The notes under the pieces were generated by a model. It searched no databases, was not told the DNA's origin, and saw only the letters and a program-made list of their open reading frames with translations. A program made the position numbers and the translations under genes. DNA of 63,682 nt, the filler included, from Candidatus Zhuqueibacterota bacterium (GTDB lineage Bacteria > BS750m-G25): NCBI GenBank assembly GCA_016783505.1. It is 7 parts of 7 records of this genome, joined end to end, with 100 filler letters (N's around TTAATTAATTAA, not from the genome) between each part and the next. Parts side by side here need not be neighbours in the genome. Positions count along the whole stretch, not along the records: positions 47,792 to 56,800 come from JADHWK010000075.1; positions 56,901 to 63,682 come from JADHWK010000082.1; 5 more parts are not named here. One strand, written 5' to 3'. The stretch's first letter is position 1. Each line of letters starts with the position of its first letter. Positions 51,599 to 60,072 of the stretch are shown one piece after another.

Positions 51599-52528
51599 TC
51601 ATATCAGTTCTTTTATGTAATCTCTAGCCGATATGGCGGCGATTGTGCCTTCTCCACAGGCAACATCTATCTGACGCACGCGCTTGGAGCGTACATCACC
51701 TACTGCATATATGCCGGGTACGGATGTTTCCATTTTTTCATTAGTAACGATGTATCCTGAGTCATCTAATTCGACAATATTTTCTAAAAATTTAGAGTTA
51801 GGTAAAAATCCCGCATATATGAAGACACCTGAAACCCGAAGTTTTTTTCCCTCACTGGTTTGACGGTTCTTTACTATAATAGAATTGACCCCAATATCAC
51901 CATTTATAGAAGTGAGCATATGGTTTAACAGAAACCTTGTTTTCTCACTTTTTTGCAATCTTTCTTGCAATATTTTTTCAGCTGTCATATAAGGTAAAAA
52001 CTCTATAAATGTTATACTTTTTACATGTTTGAGAAGAGATTCTCCTTCTTGCAACCCAGAATTCCCGCAGCCTATAACGGCGACATCCTTATCCCTATAT
52101 AGTGGCCCGTCACATGTGGCACAGTAGGAAACACCTTTGCCCATGTATTCTTCCTCGCCAGGAATATTTAACTTTTTTGGGATACTACCCGAGGCTACTA
52201 TCACCGCATAAGCATTATACTCTTCTTCAGCTGTTTGTACTTTTATCCTTTTCCCGGCTGGTTCGATTCTTTCTACTTCCTTAAATTCGATAATGTTTGT
52301 GCCAAATCTTTGCGCCTGTTCCTTAAACTTATTTATCAAGTCCATTCCGTTTATGCCATCTGGAAAACCAGGATAATTTTCTACCAAATCAGTAACCGCG
52401 GGTAATCCTCCGCATAGACCTTTTTCTAATAAAATGGTTTCAAGCCTATCTCTTGAGGTATAAATTGCGGCAGTTAAACCTCCAGGACCACCTCCTACAA
52501 TAATGACATCATTCGTAATATCATTCAT
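51599..52528 (-). CDS. trxB: Thioredoxin reductase
   Basis: GGGPGG, ENYPG, CATCDG, GIYAVGD. Confidence 0.95.
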   Translation of the reverse strand: MNDITNDVIIVGGGPGGLTAAIYTSRDRLETILLEKGLCGGLPAVTDLVENYPGFPDGINGMDLINKFKEQAQRFGTNIIEFKEVERIEPAGKRIKVQTAEEEYNAYAVIVASGSIPKKLNIPGEEEYMGKGVSYCATCDGPLYRDKDVAVIGCGNSGLQEGESLLKHVKSITFIEFLPYMTAEKILQERLQKSEKTRFLLNHMLTSINGDIGVNSIIVKNRQTSEGKKLRVSGVFIYAGFLPNSKFLENIVELDDSGYIVTNEKMETSVPGIYAVGDVRSKRVRQIDVACGEGTIAAISARDYIKELI

Positions 52529-52887
52529 TTTGAACCCCCTCCTTTGTTTTTTTCTAAATGCGGTTCTATTTTTTTCTTAAGATCAGATTCATAACTTGGT
52601 GTAACTCCAATAATTTGGTCCACTACCTCACCATCTTTATAAATATTTAATGTGGGTATGCTCATGATGACATATTTCATAGCTGTTTGGCGTCCCTCAT
52701 CAACGTTCAACTTGCATACCTTTAATCTCCCCTTATATATTTGAGCTATTTTCTCAAGCACTGGACCAGCCATACGGCAAGGTCCACACCAAGGAGCCCA
52801 GAAATCTACTACCACGGGAACGTCTGATTTCAATACTTCTTGTTCAAAATCCTCATCCCCCACATTAATTGGTCTTCCTTCTTCCAT
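52525..52887 (-). CDS. trxA: Thioredoxin
   Basis: WAPWCGPC, SIPT. Confidence 0.96.
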   Translation of the reverse strand: MEEGRPINVGDEDFEQEVLKSDVPVVVDFWAPWCGPCRMAGPVLEKIAQIYKGRLKVCKLNVDEGRQTAMKYVIMSIPTLNIYKDGEVVDQIIGVTPSYESDLKKKIEPHLEKNKGGGSK

Positions 52888-52932
52888 TTTTATCCTCCTT
52901 TGTGTTTAATTTATAAAGTTTTATAAATGTTT

Positions 52933-53580
52933 CTATTTTTTAAATGGCTCATCTAATACCTTTAAAAAGATTTCAACAGCTGGATGATTACTATATAGTT
53001 TAACCCGAAATGGTATATCTTTGTCTATTTTGGAATTTTTAACTAACACAAGGGACTTCCATAAGTAAGTCAAAATGAGTGGCTTTTCTTCTGTTAATAC
53101 TCTTGAAGTTTCTCTAAGATAATCTCTATGTGCTTGACTATCTTTTTCTACACAATAATAAGCATGTAAAAAAGGTACCATAGTATTGAGTGAAAAAATT
53201 CCATCTACTGATTCATCAGGAATATCTGAGTAATCAGAACCACTTCTTAATTCCAACCCCACATTATCATTATCAGAAAATCTGCTACGTGCAAGTTCTA
53301 CTAAACTTTTTCGAACATCATGCGCAACTAACCTGTACTTGTTAATCCCCCTTTCCGATAAATCACTGCATATTTGAGCAGTTGTAACTCCACTACCACA
53401 ACCACTCTCGTATATCAATGGTGCACTACTATCTTTAGTTATTAGCCCAAATATATCATCAATACTTTGAGAAGTTAAAGCCACCTCTAAAGCATTACTA
53501 TGCTCATATACACTATCCCAGTTGCCATTTTCTTTTAGAAACCTAAGTAGATCTTCTATTTTTTTAAAATTCATTGCCAT
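52933..53580 (-). CDS. Divergent SAM-dependent methyltransferase
   Basis: ESGCGSG motif I; AT-rich. Confidence 0.7.
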   Translation of the reverse strand: MAMNFKKIEDLLRFLKENGNWDSVYEHSNALEVALTSQSIDDIFGLITKDSSAPLIYESGCGSGVTTAQICSDLSERGINKYRLVAHDVRKSLVELARSRFSDNDNVGLELRSGSDYSDIPDESVDGIFSLNTMVPFLHAYYCVEKDSQAHRDYLRETSRVLTEEKPLILTYLWKSLVLVKNSKIDKDIPFRVKLYSNHPAVEIFLKVLDEPFKK

Positions 53581-53742
53581 ATTATTGACAATATTTCATC
53601 TAACCTTCCCAGCATAAAAGAGGTCCCGCAAAGCGGGATTTGGGTGATCCCAATTTATTGGGAGAACTGCAAACCCCCTGACTTTGGCCTAATAAAAAGT
53701 ATCAGACGAAGGAATAGATTTACCAACACACAAAATGTAATC

Positions 53743-53931
53743 TTATTTCTTGGGCCGATCAGCTATCAATTGTCCGTTGACTCCGACATTCTCGGGAGCG
53801 TTTTCTCGTATGAGTACGACAATGTGCTCGATTCTATATACTTCAACTGCAACCTCTGTGAGCTTTTTCACCAGTTGTCTTTTCAGTTCAATGTCCTGAA
53901 TCTTCGGTCCGTCTACAGTAATCGTCGGCAT
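53743..53931 (-). CDS. 4-oxalocrotonate tautomerase (DmpI-like)
   Basis: N-terminal Pro (MPTITV), ENVGVNG; 62 aa. Confidence 0.88.
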   Translation of the reverse strand: MPTITVDGPKIQDIELKRQLVKKLTEVAVEVYRIEHIVVLIRENAPENVGVNGQLIADRPKK

Positions 53932-54092
53932 CGCAATTCATCTCCTTTCTTCATACTCTTTCGCCTAACTACAGATCTGCGACATAAACTATTGCCAATC
54001 CCCCTTTTGCTGAGGAACTACTTTTCAGACTCTACGGTTTCCTTCTCTACCCATGCTCGTCGAGGATATTATCATCCTCGACCATAATATTG

Positions 54093-55016
54093 TCACCCCA
54101 GGAATTCCGGCGGATGACAACATCCACCGGGAGCGCGGGGATCTATATGTGGTATTATTGCTGTGCTCCGGTGAATTACCGAATCCCCGACCTGGCACCC
54201 CAGGTCTCTGGCTACAACGGGGCATTTTACTTTCAGTAAGAAATAGACGGGGCGCCCCGTTTCGCTTAAGGTTTCATAATTTCCCTGCCCTTTGGCGATA
54301 ACCACATCGGCAGCATCAAAGGCCCGCCGGACCTCGGGTGAACTCTCGGTCAATATGGTAGCCGGGGCTCCGTGACCGTCAGGGATTACCTCACAGATCC
54401 TGTCCATGCCCACAAATTTAGCATCCTCTAGTGTGGCATCGTTCAAAATGGGTTCACCCTTGACTACAAATTTGATCGTTAAGCTCCTGCAGTTCAGAAT
54501 TTCTTCAACCAGTATCCTATCGAACACTATCTCTCCGGCGTTGTCCCCCAGATAAAGTATCCCTGATGCTCCAAGGATGTCCCGCCGCAGCTCGTCAAAA
54601 CGATTGATGGCAGGGGCCGAGTTCAATACCCCTTTGATCGTCTGCTCCAGATCAAAGCTTTCACCCAGGGCGCCAAAGTCAATGATGTTCCCGGCTATGG
54701 CCAGTTTACAGGCTGTAAACAGGGAATCATCTGCCCCGGAAACCAGGCGCTTCAGGTCAGGATACATCCGTAGGGCAATTTCATTATATTTTCTTTTCAC
54801 CCCTACGTAGGGATCTTTGTTCCCGGTTTTTTCTTTAATGATGCGATGAATCGTTTGGGTAATCTCCGGTGGCGTTGCACTCAGGGGAAATCTGGTCAGT
54901 TCTCGTAAGACCCTGACCAAAACTTCATGTTGCACCCTCTCATCGGGCGTTGTCATTCGGGCGGACTGTAAGGCATGCCTGAGCACGCAGGGGAAACAAT
55001 CAAGGTAGGTTTTCAT
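54093..55016 (-). CDS. DUF89/ARMT1-like phosphatase
   Basis: CFPC, DPY, GNIID, DNAGE, ND, KGQGNYE, KC. Confidence 0.92.
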   Translation of the reverse strand: MKTYLDCFPCVLRHALQSARMTTPDERVQHEVLVRVLRELTRFPLSATPPEITQTIHRIIKEKTGNKDPYVGVKRKYNEIALRMYPDLKRLVSGADDSLFTACKLAIAGNIIDFGALGESFDLEQTIKGVLNSAPAINRFDELRRDILGASGILYLGDNAGEIVFDRILVEEILNCRSLTIKFVVKGEPILNDATLEDAKFVGMDRICEVIPDGHGAPATILTESSPEVRRAFDAADVVIAKGQGNYETLSETGRPVYFLLKVKCPVVARDLGCQVGDSVIHRSTAIIPHIDPRAPGGCCHPPEFLG

Positions 55017-55120
55017 CTAAAAATAGACCACGGATTATCCCGACAGGGATCCCTTACGGGACACGGATTTTCACAGATTTTCTTATAAAAAGCTGACGCC
55101 TTAATTCTAATCAGTCGGGC

Positions 55121-55314
55121 GGGCCTGTGGCACAACTTAGAGATCCTTGATTTTCCGTCTGAAGATCTTGTCTGCTCAGCAAGGGCCAAAACCTATCTAA
55201 AGATAAGGTTCTGGTTAAGGCTTTCTTTAACAACTATTTAACCAGAACCGCTCTTTAGAGCGGTTCTAAACATAACCCCTAAATTATCAATCGCGATAGT
55301 TCTGCAACAGGCCC
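55121..55314. mobile_element. MITE with 17-bp terminal inverted repeats inserted in a short palindrome
   Basis: GGGCCTGTGGCACAACT / AGTTCTGCAACAGGCCC (15/17 match); flanks GGGC/GAGC; an uninterrupted copy of the target is at 35101-35120. Confidence 0.7.
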
Positions 55315-55473
55315 GAGCGCCTGACCGATAATTTCAAACCACGGTGTTAATCCCGATGCTTCGGGATTTTATTTTCTTTCAGTAGATTCTAAAAATTGGC
55401 TACGGGGGTGTAGTTAAACTCAGATCCAAAAAATTTGTTTATGATGTTGGTACAAGTGTTGAAATCCTTAAGA

Positions 55474-55643
55474 AACCCACGATTTTAATCGTGGGGTATC
55501 AAATATAAAAGAATATACACAACCGATTCATCGGTTTTCCGAAAATTCATATCTTTGAAGAAAACGATTATTCTTCTTGAAAAAAACCCTACGGGTTAAA
55601 CATCTTAACGGGCTTTAAGGGCCCACGAATGAATTCGTGGGCT
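55474..55643. repeat. Pair of CCCACGA..TCGTGGG REP-like hairpins
   Basis: CCCACGATTTTAATCGTGGG and CCCACGAATGAATTCGTGGG. Confidence 0.6.
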
Positions 55644-56379
55644 AAGGGGTGAGATTCCCAATCTTGGTTGAAACAATTTCCCTTATATTTTGAGCGAAGT
55701 TAGTTTCTAAAAGTCGGTTTACATCCCCTATCGAATCCTCAAGATTTTCATCGAAATCTATGGTACCCAAATAAGACACATTGAACGTTTTTATCTGCTC
55801 CATAACAAATGAAGATTCCCTGACCTTCATATTTTCGATAACGCCTACAATTGGAACTCCCAGCTCCTTTAACATCTTTAATACTTTTTTAACGGTTTCC
55901 AGTGCCATTTTTGATTGAGTAGTTATTATGAGAAATTCAGTTTTTTTTATTAATCGAATTGTATCCAAGGTTGTATCACCAATGCCGGGAGGCATATCAA
56001 TAATTAGAAAATCTAATGAGCCCCAGCGAGTAATGGCGAGTAATTCTATTATGGCATTGGAAATATCAATACCCCTCAGGGGTGAAGGGTTATCACCAGC
56101 ATAATAAATAATTGACATAAACTTGATGCCATAAATTTCAGGGGGGATAATTCCTTTCTCTTCTTTAGGGTAAATCCCCCTTATTCCTAATATTATGTGG
56201 GTGGAGGGACCGCAAAAATCCAGATCCAATAGACCAACCTTAAAGCCAGACTTTGATAGGGTCAATGCCAAGGTAGCTGCAACTGAACTTTTGCCAATCC
56301 CACCTTTTCCACCGGAAATGGCGATCAGTCTTTTAATACCTATTAGTCTTTTATCAATGATGCTCAGTCTCGGATCCAT
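55642..56379 (-). CDS. Mrp/MinD-family ATPase, likely ATPase-type HypB
   Basis: MDPR start, GGKGGIGKS, DLDFCGPS, IDMPPG, ENM; no C-terminal CxxC; directly after hypA. Confidence 0.8.
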   Translation of the reverse strand: MDPRLSIIDKRLIGIKRLIAISGGKGGIGKSSVAATLALTLSKSGFKVGLLDLDFCGPSTHIILGIRGIYPKEEKGIIPPEIYGIKFMSIIYYAGDNPSPLRGIDISNAIIELLAITRWGSLDFLIIDMPPGIGDTTLDTIRLIKKTEFLIITTQSKMALETVKKVLKMLKELGVPIVGVIENMKVRESSFVMEQIKTFNVSYLGTIDFDENLEDSIGDVNRLLETNFAQNIREIVSTKIGNLTP

Positions 56380-56385
56380 CTTAAA

Positions 56386-56799
56386 TTACCTCTCTCCGCT
56401 AATAGAATCTATCCAAACCCCGCGTCCTTTTACGACTTCAAAATCGGAACTCTTACACTCAGGACATCTGACATAAACATGGGCAATCTCGGGGATGAAA
56501 TGTATAAATTCGGACTCTTCCTCACTTAATCTTTTGATCGTATCGTCAAAGGCCCATTGATTTCCGCAGATCCTACATTTTAACACAGCTTTTTCTGTTT
56601 CGAACTCTATTTCTGTTCCTCTCAGTTTTGGGCTTTGGGGTTGGATAATTTCTTTCAAGGCAAATTCAAATATCTCCCTGTCTATTTGCTGCAGTTCGCC
56701 CATCATAAGTTTGATTTTAGTGATTTTTTTTAATTTTTCTTTTTTTGATACCTCAAGTGCAGTAGAAATTACTGCTTCTGCTAACGCCCATTCATGCAT
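56386..56799 (-). CDS. hypA: Hydrogenase nickel metallochaperone HypA (Thermococcales-like long form)
   Basis: MHEWALA, CRIC...CPEC separated by an EFIHFIPE insertion, GRG. Confidence 0.93.
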   Translation of the reverse strand: MHEWALAEAVISTALEVSKKEKLKKITKIKLMMGELQQIDREIFEFALKEIIQPQSPKLRGTEIEFETEKAVLKCRICGNQWAFDDTIKRLSEEESEFIHFIPEIAHVYVRCPECKSSDFEVVKGRGVWIDSISGER

Positions 56800-56800
56800 G

Positions 56801-56900
56801 NNNNNNNNNNNNNNNNNNNNNNNNNNNNNNNNNNNNNNNNNNNNTTAATTAATTAANNNNNNNNNNNNNNNNNNNNNNNNNNNNNNNNNNNNNNNNNNNN
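56801..56900. other. Artificial contig spacer
   Basis: N-run with linker. Confidence 0.99.
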
Positions 56901-57361
56901 ACTGGTTCCAGGGCCTGGGCCACTTCGCCAGCGGCGGCCCCGACCAGCTCCTCCGCATAGCCCTCCCTTTTTTTCCCGGACCGTCCCAGCAACTGCCAGG
57001 TATTGAGAAAACGATCTTTAATCTGGGGATAGGCATTCCCCACCTGCCGGGCCAGGTAGCCCGGGCCAGGGTGGTGTTTAATCAGGACCGGAATTAATAG
57101 GGGAATGACGAAATGGTAGACCAGCAGAAAAAGCCCCAAGACCAGCAGGGCCGAGACCAGCCCCGTACGTACCGGGCTGGAAAACCCGAATAGTCCCTCT
57201 AAAACCACCGCCGCCAGCAGGGCCAGGCCGTAAGCCAGCCAGAATCCCACCAAGTTTTCGGCTATCTTGACCCGAAGCCAGCGCCGACGGAGGGCCTTCA
57301 GCTTTTCTCTCATTACCACCAAACTTTTAGGAACAGGGTTCATTTTAAACCTATAATTCAT
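56901..57361 (-). CDS. N-terminus of a large membrane protein (DUF4175-like), 3'-truncated
   Basis: Two TM segments then A..V...YP.IKDRFLNTWQL; downstream of DUF4159. Confidence 0.6.
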
Positions 57362-57423
57362 TGAAGTGGGGAAATATAATCGTCAATTTCTATTTCTAAT
57401 CACACCGCTTCCTTCATTATTCC

Positions 57424-57522
57424 AGTCATTCTGACCCCGAAGCTTCGGGGGAAGAATCTCATCGTTTACTCGAGACCACTCAGGACGAGATTCTTCATCC
57501 CGATAAATCGGGATTCAGAACA
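57424..57522. repeat. GTCATTCTGA..GAAGAATCT / AGATTCTTC..TCAGAA palindromic element
   Basis: Long inverted repeat with a CCCGA-N4-TCGGG hairpin in each arm. Confidence 0.7.
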
Positions 57523-57560
57523 GCAATGTTTAGTTATAACGTTCTGAACCGAATTTGGTT

Positions 57561-58271
57561 TCAATGGGTTAACGCCCAGACGATAACGTTCGTTCCCATT
57601 TTCAGGGCTGCCAGCCTTTTTTCTTCGGGATCCCCGTGCACCTCCGGGTCTTCCCAACCATCGCCTAAATCCGTTTCGTAGGTATAAAATACCACCAGCC
57701 TCCCTTCGTAGAAGATGCCGAACCCCTGGGGGGGCTTGCCGTCATGTTCGTGAATCTTGGGCAAGCCGTTGGGAAAATCGAACCGGCAATGATAGATACC
57801 GTGGGAAAAGGGGATTTCCACCAGCTCTCGGTCGGGGAAGACCCGCTTGATCTCCCGACGAAAATATTTGTCCATGCCGTAATTGTCGTCGGCGTGGAGA
57901 AACCCCCCGTGGGTCAGATGGCTTCTCAGCCTGCGGATCTCTTCGTCGGTCAGCTTGATTGCCCCGTGACCGGTCATGTAAAGGTAGGGATAGGCAAAGA
58001 AATCTTCATCCATAATCCCCACGTTCACTTCACGCTCGGCGGTTTCAATGTTTGTGTTTTCACGGACAAATCTCAGCAAATTAGGCAGGGAAGAAGGATC
58101 ACTGTACCAATCCCCACCGCCCCCGTATTTCACCCGTCCGATGGTGAATCGGCTCCCCGCATCCCTGGCGAAGGACACTAAGGCCAAAAGTGTCACAAAA
58201 AACACAAGAAACATAAAAGCAATTTGTCGTCGAATGACCGGATGCTTTAAATTCAATCTTATAGGCATCAT
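57561..58271 (-). CDS. DUF4159 domain protein
   Basis: YGGGGDWY, YMTGHG, GGFLHADDNYG, GLPKIHEHDG, DLGDGWE. Confidence 0.92.
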   Translation of the reverse strand: MMPIRLNLKHPVIRRQIAFMFLVFFVTLLALVSFARDAGSRFTIGRVKYGGGGDWYSDPSSLPNLLRFVRENTNIETAEREVNVGIMDEDFFAYPYLYMTGHGAIKLTDEEIRRLRSHLTHGGFLHADDNYGMDKYFRREIKRVFPDRELVEIPFSHGIYHCRFDFPNGLPKIHEHDGKPPQGFGIFYEGRLVVFYTYETDLGDGWEDPEVHGDPEEKRLAALKMGTNVIVWALTH

Positions 58272-58281
58272 CCTGCTATCT

Positions 58282-58504
58282 TTACTTCAACACCACCAAT
58301 TTCTTCGTTTCTACAAATCCATTCACTTTAAGCCGACAAAAGTAAATCCCCCTCTCCCAGCCCGGAAGCATCAAAGTTCACCCGGTGATTTCCCCCTTCC
58401 TGAAATTCGTTAACCACTGTAATTACCTCCTGACCGGATAAGTTGTAAACCTTCATCACTACCTTACACGTTTCTTTAATGTCGTATCTTATCACAATTT
58501 TCAA
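58282..58504 (-). pseudogene. Orphan T9SS CTD remnant with +1 frameshift
   Basis: IRYDIKETCKVVMKVYNLSGQEVITVVNEFQEGGNHRVNFDASGLGEG, an extra G, then IYFCRLKVNGFVETKKLVVLK*. Confidence 0.85.
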
Positions 58505-58523
58505 CTCGCCCTATTTATTCCTT

Positions 58524-59345
58524 TCACGCCAAAGCTTCCGCGGCCCCTGTAAAAAATTCCACCAGCGTCTTTATGGTAATTTCTTTGATCATCCTCGGTA
58601 AAGTTTTAATCTCATTAACCTTCAAAAATGCCGCCCCAATGTCCGCCCTCCGGTATCCCACCCCGAACTTGGGTCCCACCAGTTTTACCAAGTCTAATAT
58701 AGACTTATGATACCCGGCGATAAAATAAAGGTCCACAAAGTCCTTGGGCTCGGCCCGTTCCAAGATGGCATGTATCTTGTTCACCCCGATGTCCACCAGG
58801 CTATCCACCATCAGGTTTCCCACCTTTTTGGGAGTCTCAATAAAATCGTAGGGCATATAATCAAATTGGACAGTCAACAGGTTCTCAAAGGTAACGATCG
58901 TCCGGTTGCAAATCCTCCGAACCCTCGCTTCGGGAAACGAAAGCTCTGTTCTTAATCTTCCCACCAACATCTCTATGAGATTAATGGGAAATTCTTCCCG
59001 CGAAAAAAAATCCATGTCTTCAGAATGGCGGTGCTTTAGATAATACTCGGAGAGGGCGGTACCCCCGGTAAAGATAAATTGTTCACGGAGACTACTGTTC
59101 GAAAAGAGACGGAGAAACTCCCCTTGTGGTTGAGATAATACTGATTTTTCTGTTTTCATCTGGATAATCCTCATATACTTTTTATAAGGGACCGGAATGT
59201 CGGCCTTTTCAACCAGATTGAATTCCACCGTCCGAAGATCCCTGTCAGACCCGTATAGGACCTTTCTCTCCAATTCAAACAGGCGATTCTTCTGATCATC
59301 CTTGTATATCTTTTTGGTTGAGTAGTCCCAGAGCCAGTTCTTCAT
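58524..59345 (-). CDS. AbiEii-type nucleotidyltransferase with an in-frame N-terminal antitoxin-like domain
   Basis: GGTAL..YYL.HR.SEDMDFF, K..A...R.EPKDFVDLY; N-terminal WLWDY..LERKVLYG; ATG 59345 overlaps the upstream stop. Confidence 0.85.
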   Translation of the reverse strand: MKNWLWDYSTKKIYKDDQKNRLFELERKVLYGSDRDLRTVEFNLVEKADIPVPYKKYMRIIQMKTEKSVLSQPQGEFLRLFSNSSLREQFIFTGGTALSEYYLKHRHSEDMDFFSREEFPINLIEMLVGRLRTELSFPEARVRRICNRTIVTFENLLTVQFDYMPYDFIETPKKVGNLMVDSLVDIGVNKIHAILERAEPKDFVDLYFIAGYHKSILDLVKLVGPKFGVGYRRADIGAAFLKVNEIKTLPRMIKEITIKTLVEFFTGAAEALA

Positions 59346-59836
59346 AATCTGAACCCAATCATAACCACCATGATTATGGCAGCCACCGTCTTCACCAGCA
59401 CCGCCCCGGCCCGGCCCAGGAAGGCCCCCCACCCGGCCCGGAAGCTGGTCGCCGAATCCCTCGCCTTGACATACTCCGCCAAAAACGCCCCCAAGAAGGC
59501 CCCCAGGATGGCGCCGATTACCGACCCTACCACGGGAAAGGTAACGGTCCCGATGATGGCCCCTAAGATGGACCCCAGGATAGCCAGCCACTGCCCCCCC
59601 CTGGAGGCCCCATACCGGGAGGCCATCCGTGCTAAAATTACGTAATCCAACCCCTCCATCAAAAGGGCGATCCAAAACAGGATTAAGACGAAGGGCAGGG
59701 TAATCCCATCAAATCCCGTTAACAGCCCGTAGACTAAGGCCGCACCGGAGATGATAAACGTCCCCGGCAGGCCAAAGGGGATCATCAGCACCCCCGCAAA
59801 CATGATGATCCAGATAATAATAAGCAGAAACCACAT
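59342..59836 (-). CDS. DUF456 (YqgC-like) membrane protein
   Basis: PFGLPG, YGASR.G, GAILGAFLGAFLAE. Confidence 0.88.
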   Translation of the reverse strand: MWFLLIIIWIIMFAGVLMIPFGLPGTFIISGAALVYGLLTGFDGITLPFVLILFWIALLMEGLDYVILARMASRYGASRGGQWLAILGSILGAIIGTVTFPVVGSVIGAILGAFLGAFLAEYVKARDSATSFRAGWGAFLGRAGAVLVKTVAAIIMVVMIGFRL

Positions 59837-59901
59837 AAGTAAGACGAATAATGCTGCGGACTTAATTTAATACTTTCGTCTTCGGGATAACAAAAAATTT
59901 G

Positions 59902-59930
59902 TTGACATTCTAAATTAAATTTTGTATATT
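59902..59930 (+). promoter_or_regulatory. Sigma70-like promoter
   Basis: TTGACA-17-TATATT. Confidence 0.65.
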
Positions 59931-60072
59931 GAATATTATCAGTTGCATAAACAATAATTTTTACTAGAAGAATATTACAACTGTCGGTAAAACGATATAA
60001 TTATCTTTGAAATAATTATTATTAATATAATAAATCAAATTAAAATAAGCAAGAGTATCATAAGAAGGTTCT

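Noticed and set aside
59346-59675. Gly-rich N-terminal extension of the 383-aa ORF
   Set aside because: Alternate frame of the DUF456 gene; the real start is 59345 or 59159.
59940-60072. Lysine riboswitch upstream of the KamA-like gene
   Set aside because: The leader is very AT-rich with no recognisable riboswitch helices.
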